This document shows, piece after piece, positions 8,805 through 16,763 of a stretch of DNA of 48,141 bases. The DNA is taken from positions 1-48,141 of the IMG/VR virus record IMGVR_UViG_3300022777_000062; one strand, given 5' to 3'. Numbering within the stretch: position 1 is the first letter of the stretch; each line of letters opens with the position of its first letter. The notes beneath the pieces are model-generated. The model searched no databases. It was not told where the DNA came from and saw nothing but the letters and a program-made list of their open reading frames with translations. The translations under genes and the position numbers were made by a program. Source of the DNA: a virus. Lineage: Duplodnaviria; Caudoviricetes.

Positions 8805-9114
8805 CAGAACTTGCCATCACCTCTTGGATGACAAAGTTCCTGGCGTTTCGAGCTAGTTCCTTGGTTGGTGTGTAACTGGGATGTAGCAGAGTTGGAATGT
8901 TTTCCCACAGCTGCTGGAGGATGTATTCATTAGTTCCAGCAATAGGCTCAACAGCATCGCCAACTCGCTTGATGTCACCGTAACGAAAGAGCTGAGCCTT
9001 GAGCTTGTGGTTCGTTGGCCAGAATAGTTCATCATCATCAAAGAACTCCGTAAGAATAGAAGCTGCTGTGTAATCAGGCTGCTTGTCAATTAACAAGTCA
9101 GTCAGTAAGTCCAT
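8779..9114 (-). CDS. Hypothetical protein
   Basis: GGGAG RBS; tiles the operon. Confidence 0.6.
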   Translation of the reverse strand: MDLLTDLLIDKQPDYTAASILTEFFDDDELFWPTNHKLKAQLFRYGDIKRVGDAVEPIAGTNEYILQQLWENIPTLLHPSYTPTKELARNARNFVIQEVMASSDDSETSSL

Positions 9115-9129
9115 TCAAAAGCTCCCTTG

Positions 9130-9417
9130 CTATAACTGCGCAACCTTTTCATCGCCAATGTACACAACAACATGCACATTGTCAACATCTTCCTCGTCTT
9201 GCAGTTCACGGTGAGCCTCTTGCTCGGCACGAATCTGGTCAACAATAGCTTGAATTTCATCGTCCGTCAACTCTTCCTCCTGGACTACATCTTCCGACGT
9301 AGCCTCGGGGTGTTGAAACTGGGACTCGAGCGTAGCAACTCTTTCTTCTACGTAACGAAGGGAAGATTTCAGCTCGTTTACTTGTTCGAGGATTTCGTTC
9401 AGCTTGTCCATCTGCAT
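9130..9417 (-). CDS. Highly acidic small protein
   Basis: Coiled coil followed by E/D-rich tract; AAGGAG RBS. Confidence 0.6.
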   Translation of the reverse strand: MQMDKLNEILEQVNELKSSLRYVEERVATLESQFQHPEATSEDVVQEEELTDDEIQAIVDQIRAEQEAHRELQDEEDVDNVHVVVYIGDEKVAQL

Positions 9418-9419
9418 GA

Positions 9420-9572
9420 TTAATACTCCTTCAGCTGGTTTTCTATGTATTGTGCGTACTTCAGTAGCAGCAGCAGGAAGTCATCCTTTTCCACTTTGCT
9501 AAGTTTCTGCAAATAAAACTTCAGATTGTACGCACTCTTGAAAGCTTCGTCAATTAGTTCCTCGTTGTTCAT
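9420..9572 (-). CDS. Small hypothetical protein (MNNEELIDEAF..., 50 aa)
   Basis: True start likely 9572, just downstream of a promoter; the longer ORF call only translates repeats. Confidence 0.55.
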   Translation of the reverse strand: MNNEELIDEAFKSAYNLKFYLQKLSKVEKDDFLLLLLKYAQYIENQLKEY

Positions 9573-9582
9573 TGTTACTACT

Positions 9583-9611
9583 ATTGTAACGTCAACTGCT
9601 GGTGCTGTAAA
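9583..9611 (-). promoter_or_regulatory. Sigma70-type promoter, near-leaderless transcript
   Basis: TTTACA-17 bp-TACAAT; ATG 10 nt after the -10 box. Confidence 0.7.
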
Positions 9612-9702
9612 GAGGGTACACGAAACGAGGGGAAAAGCCCCATCATCAACACCCGCTTCCGTTCGGGCGCCTTGGCCATGTATAATTTTATACTGAGCCA
9701 GC

Positions 9703-9772
9703 AATGTTGATGCGGGGAGTAATGTTGATGCGGGGAGTAATGTTGATGCGGGGAGTGAAGTTGATGCAGAGT
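9703..9772. repeat. 18-bp tandem repeat AATGTTGATGCGGGGAGT x3 plus one degenerate copy; two more degenerate copies at 9857-9890
   Basis: Direct reading. Confidence 0.95.
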
Positions 9773-9854
9773 AACGAGGGTACACGAAACGAGGGGAAAA
9801 GCGCCTCGGCATAGCGCCCCACCTACATGTATAATTTTATACCAAGCTAGGGCG

Positions 9855-10265
9855 CTAACGTTGATGCGGGGAGTGACGTTGATGCGGAGTGAAGTTAATC
9901 GGCGTCACTCGGCCAACGTAGTCAGGTTGGTTTCCACTTTTGTTGGTGCGCTTGTTTAGCCTAGCCTTGGCCAAGTTCTGACGATTCCTACCTAGTCGCA
10001 CCGTTGTTGTTATTGAGGTTGGTAATCTTCCTGTCGTTTCGTCTTGGTCAAGTTCAACTTCCCCGACTACCTCGTGGCTCTTATTGAGTACGTCGCCTAA
10101 GAGTTTACCATCACCAACAACAAAGTGGTAAACCTTGACCCGGAAGCGTTGATGCTGGGTGAGGTTGAGTACCCCGTCCAACAGCAACGGAGCCTCGTCG
10201 TTACGTTGCTGCCAGAGTTTTAAACTGAGCGTGTCTGGTTGTGTTGCGCTGCGTCCGAATTTCAT
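9855..10265 (-). CDS. DUF736-like protein, probable paralogue of 8015-8389
   Basis: LKLWQQR vs IALWQSR; NQPDYVGRV; C-terminus runs into the 18-bp repeat. Confidence 0.5.
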   Translation of the reverse strand: MKFGRSATQPDTLSLKLWQQRNDEAPLLLDGVLNLTQHQRFRVKVYHFVVGDGKLLGDVLNKSHEVVGEVELDQDETTGRLPTSITTTVRLGRNRQNLAKARLNKRTNKSGNQPDYVGRVTPINFTPHQRHSPHQR

Positions 10266-10459
10266 GGTGCGTGTGTGTGTGTTGAAGATTTACAATAACA
10301 ACAATAACAGTAGAAGTAACGAAGGTACAACGTCGGAACGAAGGAACTAAGTTTTCATCGACCAACGTGGGTACCTGGCGGTTCCTTCTTAAAGCTAACA
10401 TACTCAAAAGCGAATTTGCAATGACGGTTGTTCGGTTGTTTGGGTACGGTCCAACAATA

Positions 10460-10538
10460 GAAGGCACCCTCGTTCCAAGAAGGTACCTCAGTTCCAATAG
10501 GGTACACTCGTCCCAAGAAGGTACACCATCAGTACCAA
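10460..10538. repeat. Four degenerate ~19-bp direct repeats GAAGGTAC-N7-CCAA (iteron-like)
   Basis: gaaggcaccctcgttccaa / gaaggtacctcagttccaa / tagggtacactcgtcccaa / gaaggtacaccatcagtaccaa. Confidence 0.75.
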
Positions 10539-10580
10539 CATGGCTACTTTTAACTCATACGTGCCGCCACTAAACAACAC

Positions 10581-10678
10581 GGAATAATTACTAGACTTAG
10601 CAAAGTCTAGTAATTATTCCTACACCATTTCTAATATTCTTCCGGCCTCTATAGGGAGGCCTCCAGAATATTAGAAAT
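10581..10678. other. Two adjacent long inverted repeats (putative origin/cruciform)
   Basis: Perfect 18-bp arms 10581-10598/10603-10620; 14-bp plus 6-bp arms 10627-10678. Confidence 0.85.
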
Positions 10679-10805
10679 TCTAGCCCCATTTACAACTCAT
10701 GTAAATTAAGTTGCCAAATCCCAGTATAATGCTGTTACATTTTCCCTGACATAAGTAATCTTAATCAAAATCAATAACACTATAGACTGTAGTTTATGGC
10801 TCGGG

Positions 10806-10856
10806 GCGGCTACTACCCTGCGGCTACTACCCTGCGGCTACTACCCTGCGGCTACT
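10806..10856. repeat. 14-bp tandem repeat GCGGCTACTACCCT x3.6
   Basis: Direct reading. Confidence 0.95.
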
Positions 10857-10861
10857 GTGCG

Positions 10862-10960
10862 TCCACACAAAAGAAGGTACCCTCGCGTTAGGATTATACC
10901 TACACGAAGGCTAGTTTGTATTCATTCACTGGCTTTCTATTGCCTTTGTGTTTAACGCTT
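10862..10960 (-). repeat. Structured element copy D
   Basis: Minus strand ACACAAAGGCAATAGAAAGCCAGTGAA...AGG-TATAAT-CCT hairpin...TTCTTTTGTGTGG. Confidence 0.8.
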
Positions 10961-11020
10961 GTTTTATAGTGCTGCTGGTGTGCTGCTGCTGTAAGATGTT
11001 AATGGAAAATGTTAAGCTTA

Positions 11021-11130
11021 CCTCCAACAAAATTAAGCCACAACAAAAAGAAAAGCCTCGGAGGATTATACCTACCCGAGGCCTAGTAGCTATTTATTCA
11101 GCGGCTTTCTATTGCTTTTGTGTTAAACGT
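11021..11130 (-). repeat. Structured element copy C
   Basis: Minus strand ACACAAAAGCAATAGAAAGCCGCTGAA...AGG-TATAAT-CCT hairpin...TTTCTTTTTGTTGTGGCTTAATTTTGTTGGAGG. Confidence 0.85.
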
Positions 11131-11235
11131 GTGTTTTAGGAGCCGGCTAAGTAGGTAGGTTGGTGGTACTGTTACCGCATGGTATGGACTCGATTCCCCA
11201 GCTTCCATGTTACGTTGGGAAATGAGGTGATGGCG

Positions 11236-11850
11236 ATGTTAATGGAAAATGTCGAGCAACTTGGAACGGACGAACGTGTAGCCTTAATAGATGCGTGGAG
11301 GTTTGGTACTGCTACTGATGCTGAAGAGTTTACAGCGTGGAGTGTCCTCGAACAGACAGTACGTAACCGCAGCACCAAGCACTTCAAGAACAATCCTGAC
11401 TGGGGTAGCCAGGACAGGAACACTCTACGCACTTTGTTTCTGGCGCAGTACCTCAAGGAAAACAAGGACCTTTCCGTCCTCAGCTGTATTGCTAGGTGGC
11501 GCAAATTGTTCCCTGCAATCGAGCTGTTGATGGAACTCTATGGTACTGAGGTTCTGCGTTGGAATTACGAGCGTCCACTAACAACGGCTGCCAACCAGAA
11601 AAAGCTGCACCACAAGAGGGTGCTGGCAGACTTGCAGCGGAAGTATGACATTTGGAATCCCGAGGAGCTTTATGACTACTGGCGAAATTGCACCACAGCA
11701 GAAGAACGAAAAGCATATTCCGTTACGCCTTATAGAGCAGACACGATTAGAAACTACGCCGAGGAAATTATTAACAGGCGAGCGGAGCAGCAACTTACCC
11801 GCTGCTTTACAGAGCTTTCTGAACGTGACCAAAGAGCTTTGGCATGGTAA
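11236..11850 (+). CDS. Hypothetical protein
   Basis: GAGGTG RBS; first gene of the plus-strand replication block. Confidence 0.65.
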   Translation: MLMENVEQLGTDERVALIDAWRFGTATDAEEFTAWSVLEQTVRNRSTKHFKNNPDWGSQDRNTLRTLFLAQYLKENKDLSVLSCIARWRKLFPAIELLMELYGTEVLRWNYERPLTTAANQKKLHHKRVLADLQRKYDIWNPEELYDYWRNCTTAEERKAYSVTPYRADTIRNYAEEIINRRAEQQLTRCFTELSERDQRALAW

Positions 11851-12412
11851 CATCATTGATGTCTTGTTCCATCCGGTTGACCGCACAAACTGGAAGAGCA
11901 TGGCGCTTTACAATGGCGGAATGTTAGCGGGTGTTGACATGGAGTGGTGTCATGTCAGCCTCCGCGTTTCGATGCCACGGAGCGAGCTGGGTGAGTTTTA
12001 CGGCGACCCGGTTCACTTGGAAAGGTTTAACGGCCGGCACACAGTAACACATGAGCTAGTGGATGTTGGTGTTCAGTCGTGCGATGACAGCCAACGTCGC
12101 ACCACTGGCATCGTGCGTTTGTTTCCTACTGAAGAGTGGGCTGGGCTGAAGTATATTGATGATGTTATTACTCAAATCCAAGCCATCCACGAGCGCCAGG
12201 AACGCATGCACTGGCTGGACTGCTTCCCTATACTCTTTCGTGGCGAGCCTTTTGGCAAAGTTTGTACCACGTTTGTGCAGGAAGCTTTGCGTTTGGAGGA
12301 CCAGCAGTACATGTTCCCGAAAGAGCTTTACGCCCACCTCTTGACAACACCAGAACTGAATCATAGGATGGAGGCCAGAGTAGGAATAAACTGGCCCGTT
12401 GAAAATGAGTAA
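11825..12412 (+). CDS. Permuted papain-like (His...Cys) peptidase/amidase
   Basis: WCHVSL precedes VCTTFVQEAL...FPKELY; GTG start at 11825 inferred. Confidence 0.55.
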   Translation: MTKELWHGNIIDVLFHPVDRTNWKSMALYNGGMLAGVDMEWCHVSLRVSMPRSELGEFYGDPVHLERFNGRHTVTHELVDVGVQSCDDSQRRTTGIVRLFPTEEWAGLKYIDDVITQIQAIHERQERMHWLDCFPILFRGEPFGKVCTTFVQEALRLEDQQYMFPKELYAHLLTTPELNHRMEARVGINWPVENE

Positions 12413-14483
12413 ACAAAACCAAGAGTTCATGCGAAAAGAGGCATGTCCCAAATGTGGTAGCAGTGACAACGTTGCGGTTTATTACGACAAGGACCGTGAC
12501 GTTGAATCTTTTATATGCAATACGCCCGGATGCACATATAGACTGGACCCGGCGGAGGCAGCACAGATGCAGGAGCAAATTCACAACTTGCAGCCACCGA
12601 AAAAGCTAGCGGATGTACGGAAAGCTTACCGCGGCATCAGCAATGAAACCTACGCGCGTTACGGAGTTTACGTGACGAAGGGGCCGAAGGGCGAGCCGCG
12701 GTTATGCTTCCCCTACCGAAACAAGGCCGGGAAAGCTGTAGGTTACAAGACCATTAGCAAAGACAAAAAAATGTCCTGGCCGAGTCACATAAAGGACAAA
12801 GGCAAGCTCTTCGGCATTGGCGCCACTCCTAATAACCGGCGCCTCGTCATAACTGAGGGCGAATTTGATGCTTTGTCAGTCCATGAGTTAACAGGCTATT
12901 CTGCCGTTTCGATTCCCAACGGAGCTTCTTCAGCTGCTTCTGTTATTAAGGAATTCCTAGATTACATCGAGCAATTCAGCCAAGTCCACATCCTCTTCGA
13001 CAATGATGAGCATGGACAGGAAGCAGCACATAAGGCAGCCGAGTTGATTGACCCGGCGAAAGTTTCAGTTGCTAAGGTTCCCAGCAACTTTGGCAAGGAC
13101 CCGAACGACTTACTCCAGAGCAACGACATGGACTTCAAGCGCAAGTCCAACAAGCTCAAGGAAGTCCTCTTCGCAGCGGAGCAGACAACGCCAGACTTCA
13201 TCGCCGACCCATTAGATTTCCAACAACGTGTGCTCGACTGGGCCTTCGGTGAGTACGGCGAAGGTAAAAGCACTGGTATTGCTGAACTAGATGACAAACT
13301 AGGCGGCTGGCGACGTGGCGAAGTCACCACCATCGTCGCGCCTACTGGTGTTGGTAAGTCCACGTTCAGCCGCTCCCTCTTGGCTTCGCTGCTGAATCGC
13401 GGCCATAAGTGTCTGCTTGTTTCGCTCGAGGAACCACCTGAAGTCAGCGTTCAGAACCTAGCGCGCATTGTGTACGGTCCCGCACATAGCAAGGAGGAAT
13501 TGGAAGAGCAGCTCAGCTCCTTGTTACGTAACCTAATTGTGTATGACAGCAACGGAAGTCAGGACCCGGACACTTTTTACAAGCGGCTTGAGTATGCGGC
13601 TCGAGGTCAGGATGTTGAGTTCATTTTGCTCGACAACTTGACTCGTGCCCTCGGTAGGAAGCAAGACCCCAAGTCCGAAACAGACCAGTTCCTCAACGCG
13701 CTTACTGATGTTGCCAAGAAGCAGCACGTCCACGTATTTAACGTAACCCACACGAAGCGCACTGATGCTGCTGAAGGTGCACCACCAACCATTCAGGACG
13801 CCCGGGACTCAGGTTTAATTGAAGCTTATAGTGACAACATCATCACGCTTGGCAGGAAGCGCGATTCAGCCGACAACGTGACAAATGTTAAACTGGAAAA
13901 GAATCGCTGCTGCGGGCAGTTGACTTCTTTCCAACTAACACTAGATGAGTACAGATTTAAAGAGGTGGACTACCATGACGGACGAAGAGTTTCCCAAGCT
14001 AGTAGAGGGACAGGGCAGACACAAGAACAAGAAGAACAACGCTCAGTCGGGCAAGTTTCAACTCAGCGACGGGCAAATCCTCAGCTTCGACAGCAAAGCG
14101 GAAGCGAAGGTAGCGGAGCAGATGGTGCAGATGGGGATTCCGTTTTACAGGTACGTAGCACAGCAGGACAAAGCTCCGATTCAAGTGGTGAAAATTCGTC
14201 AAGCTTACCCGGACTTCCTCCTCAACACGGACCAAGGCAAAATCCTCCTCGAAGTGAAGGGGTGGTTGAGCCAAGAACGCCGACGAATCTTGATGGAAGA
14301 AATCGAGCAGAGTTTGTCCGACGGTTTCAAGCATGCAGTGCTGCTTACTGGAACGGAGGCCCAACGCCTAAACCGACCGACATCAGCTTTACAGAAGCCA
14401 TCCCAGGGGAAGCGACTCGCCAAAAATTTATACATGAGGCGTATGAACGTGCCCGTGAAGCAGTCCGTCAAAGAAATTCTTGA
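12405..14483 (+). CDS. T7 gp4-like DNA primase-helicase
   Basis: Zn finger CPKC..C..C, TOPRIM EGEFD/DND, Walker A APTGVGKS, ILLD; long C-terminal tail overlapping the next gene. Confidence 0.95.
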   Translation: MSKQNQEFMRKEACPKCGSSDNVAVYYDKDRDVESFICNTPGCTYRLDPAEAAQMQEQIHNLQPPKKLADVRKAYRGISNETYARYGVYVTKGPKGEPRLCFPYRNKAGKAVGYKTISKDKKMSWPSHIKDKGKLFGIGATPNNRRLVITEGEFDALSVHELTGYSAVSIPNGASSAASVIKEFLDYIEQFSQVHILFDNDEHGQEAAHKAAELIDPAKVSVAKVPSNFGKDPNDLLQSNDMDFKRKSNKLKEVLFAAEQTTPDFIADPLDFQQRVLDWAFGEYGEGKSTGIAELDDKLGGWRRGEVTTIVAPTGVGKSTFSRSLLASLLNRGHKCLLVSLEEPPEVSVQNLARIVYGPAHSKEELEEQLSSLLRNLIVYDSNGSQDPDTFYKRLEYAARGQDVEFILLDNLTRALGRKQDPKSETDQFLNALTDVAKKQHVHVFNVTHTKRTDAAEGAPPTIQDARDSGLIEAYSDNIITLGRKRDSADNVTNVKLEKNRCCGQLTSFQLTLDEYRFKEVDYHDGRRVSQASRGTGQTQEQEEQRSVGQVSTQRRANPQLRQQSGSEGSGADGADGDSVLQVRSTAGQSSDSSGENSSSLPGLPPQHGPRQNPPRSEGVVEPRTPTNLDGRNRAEFVRRFQACSAAYWNGGPTPKPTDISFTEAIPGEATRQKFIHEAYERAREAVRQRNS

Positions 14484-14538
14484 CCACTTTGGTGTCACTG
14501 AGGTATACTCCATAAACAAGAATTCAGCAGCTGAGTAG
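13975..14538 (+). CDS. T7 endonuclease I-like Holliday junction resolvase
   Basis: FDSKAEAKVA...YPDFLL...LEVKGW; GAGG RBS. Confidence 0.8.
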   Translation: MTDEEFPKLVEGQGRHKNKKNNAQSGKFQLSDGQILSFDSKAEAKVAEQMVQMGIPFYRYVAQQDKAPIQVVKIRQAYPDFLLNTDQGKILLEVKGWLSQERRRILMEEIEQSLSDGFKHAVLLTGTEAQRLNRPTSALQKPSQGKRLAKNLYMRRMNVPVKQSVKEILDHFGVTEVYSINKNSAAE

Positions 14539-14542
14539 AAAG

Positions 14543-16384
14543 ATGAGTATAGCAGCACTCGACGTAGAAACGCGTGGCTTTGGAGGCGACATCCTCTGCG
14601 TTTCGTTTGCTTACAGATTGGAAGATGGCGAGCTCCACACCCAGACAGTTACCAGTATGGATGATGCTGCTGAAATAATTTCTGGTTTTGACAAGCTCGC
14701 CATGCACAACGCTAAGTATGACCTCGTTCAACTCTGGAAGGCTGGGGTTGACCTCGCTCCGCTGCACGGTGCTGTGGAAGACACGTTGCTGATGAGTTAC
14801 GTGGACTTCCCCGACCGGCCGGGTGGTCATGCCCTCGCAGCTTGGGGGGAACGGCTCGGTTACGACAAACTAGAAGCTCCGGAGTTCGAGGAGTACAGCG
14901 ATGAGCTTGCCACGTATTGCGAGCGTGACACGGCCATTACTCTGGTGCTGTATGAGGAACTTAACTCCCGTTTGGATGAAAGCGCTCGCCACTTTTATGA
15001 GCACGTAGAAAAAAGTTTCTTATTATACATCATCCAGATGGAGCAAGTTGGAATCCCGCTTGATGTTGAGCTGTTGCTGGATGCCAAGCCAACTTTGGAA
15101 CAGAGCAAGGAAGAAGCATTAGGCCAGCTCCGTCGTTTCGCTGGTGGCCCAGTCCCGGCCCAACTCAAAAAGTACAAAAAACCTCACCCTGAAAAAGTGG
15201 AAAGTGGTGAGCTTATTTACGAGTCTGCTGATGATGTTTATTACTATTACCGCACCCTCGTACCACTCAACCCTAGTGCCAACAACCAGCTTACCTATGT
15301 GCTACAGAATCGGCTAGGTTGGAAGCCCAAAGAATATACGGAGTCCGGGCAGCCAACCCTCGATGAACACACACTCAGCAAACTTACTCTGTCCAATAAC
15401 TCTGACATCAAGAAGTTTGCTGAATCTTTGCTCGAGTACCGGCACCGTGAAAAAATACTCAGTACCTTCGTTGATGGAATGCTGAGTAAGGTGAGTAGCA
15501 ACAATAAACTTCACCCGAGCTACAATCAGACCTCAGTTGTAACGGGGAGGCTGTCCTGCTCGAACCCCAACCTGCAGCAAATACCAAGCAAAGGTGAAGA
15601 TGCTAAATTACTCCGTAGTGCTGTTCGTGCACCTGATGGTTACAAGGTGGTGGCTGCGGACATTTCACAGTTTCAGTACCGCATTGCCGTGCATTACTTC
15701 ATGCTTTTCTTCGGTTACGGAAATCGTGAGGACGTCGATGAGCTCGTGGCTAACTACCTTGCTGATGGTGATGTTCACGAAAAGCACCGTCAACTCTTAG
15801 AGCCCCACGTCCCAGAGCTCATGGCCAGTGATGATGGACGGAAGTATGCGAAGACCTTTGGCTTTAGCATGCTGTTCGGTGCTGGCCCTGACAAAATTGC
15901 GCGGAGTCAAGGGCTCAACGTAGAAGACGCCCGGAAAATTCTGGATGCTGGCAAGAAAGCAATTAGTTGCGTGGATGACTTCAAGCAATTCGTTGTTAGC
16001 CTCTGCCGAAACAACAGCGGAGTCATAACGGATTTGTATGGTCGTCGGCTTGTCTACCCTGATGTTGTTAGTGAGGACAAGACCAAGCGCGCACGGGCTG
16101 AACGGCAAATCTTCAACGCCCTCATCCAGAGCACCGAAGCCACCATCATGAAAATCATGCTGCCTCAAATCTTGGAAGAGGCACCATGCCTAACTCCCAT
16201 CGCTCAAGTCCATGATGAGTATGTTTTCCTCTGCCCCGATGGTCAAACCGAGGAAGCCTGTGCTAAAATAGAAGACGTAATGAGCAGAAATTGGCTACCC
16301 GGCGATGGAACGACAACACCACACATCCCAGTCAAAGGTGATGCCGGAGCAGGGAGCACATGGTATGAGGCTAAGCCGGAGTGA
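14543..16384 (+). CDS. polA: Family A DNA polymerase with 3'-5' exonuclease
   Basis: DVET, HNAKYD, YCERD; TGRLSCSNPNLQQIP; motifs A/B; QVHDE. Confidence 0.97.
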   Translation: MSIAALDVETRGFGGDILCVSFAYRLEDGELHTQTVTSMDDAAEIISGFDKLAMHNAKYDLVQLWKAGVDLAPLHGAVEDTLLMSYVDFPDRPGGHALAAWGERLGYDKLEAPEFEEYSDELATYCERDTAITLVLYEELNSRLDESARHFYEHVEKSFLLYIIQMEQVGIPLDVELLLDAKPTLEQSKEEALGQLRRFAGGPVPAQLKKYKKPHPEKVESGELIYESADDVYYYYRTLVPLNPSANNQLTYVLQNRLGWKPKEYTESGQPTLDEHTLSKLTLSNNSDIKKFAESLLEYRHREKILSTFVDGMLSKVSSNNKLHPSYNQTSVVTGRLSCSNPNLQQIPSKGEDAKLLRSAVRAPDGYKVVAADISQFQYRIAVHYFMLFFGYGNREDVDELVANYLADGDVHEKHRQLLEPHVPELMASDDGRKYAKTFGFSMLFGAGPDKIARSQGLNVEDARKILDAGKKAISCVDDFKQFVVSLCRNNSGVITDLYGRRLVYPDVVSEDKTKRARAERQIFNALIQSTEATIMKIMLPQILEEAPCLTPIAQVHDEYVFLCPDGQTEEACAKIEDVMSRNWLPGDGTTTPHIPVKGDAGAGSTWYEAKPE

Positions 16385-16388
16385 CACC

Positions 16389-16763
16389 ATGAAATTAGAC
16401 CCGAGCGAATACCCGCATCAAGAAGCTAGCAGAATCAGATGGCTTTATAGTCAGCACATGAAGCACGTTAGCCAAGACAACGAAGAGGAAGAGGTTAATG
16501 CTGATGGTGGTCGACAGTCGCCTACTGACCTCGACTACACACTCCTCCCAGTCAAGGCCATCGACATGGTTGGCTTGCTCATGACCGAAGCAGCGGCAAA
16601 GTATGAGCGCGACAATTGGCGCAAGATTTCAGCACGTGACCACATTAACCATGCCATTCGCCACGCTTTCATGTGGATTCGTAACGGCAACAATGATGAG
16701 CTAGTTCGCGCAGCTTGCCGCATGCTTTTCGCTCTTGAAACGCAGAATTCAGACGTCGAATAA
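16389..16763 (+). CDS. dATP/dGTP diphosphohydrolase-like (DUF5664) protein
   Basis: AAAKYERDNWRK...HAIRH...AACR signature. Confidence 0.7.
   Translation: MKLDPSEYPHQEASRIRWLYSQHMKHVSQDNEEEEVNADGGRQSPTDLDYTLLPVKAIDMVGLLMTEAAAKYERDNWRKISARDHINHAIRHAFMWIRNGNNDELVRAACRMLFALETQNSDVE

Noticed and set aside
9573-9812. N-terminal extension of the 130-aa ORF (PASTLL repeats)
   Set aside because: Translation of the 18-bp repeat across a promoter; better start at 9572
9703-9890. CRISPR- or TIGR-like guide array
   Set aside because: Repeats abut without unique spacers; no Cas or Nop-domain effector recognised
16389-16763. Z-genome (diaminopurine) pathway
   Set aside because: No PurZ-like gene recognised; DUF5664 alone is insufficient
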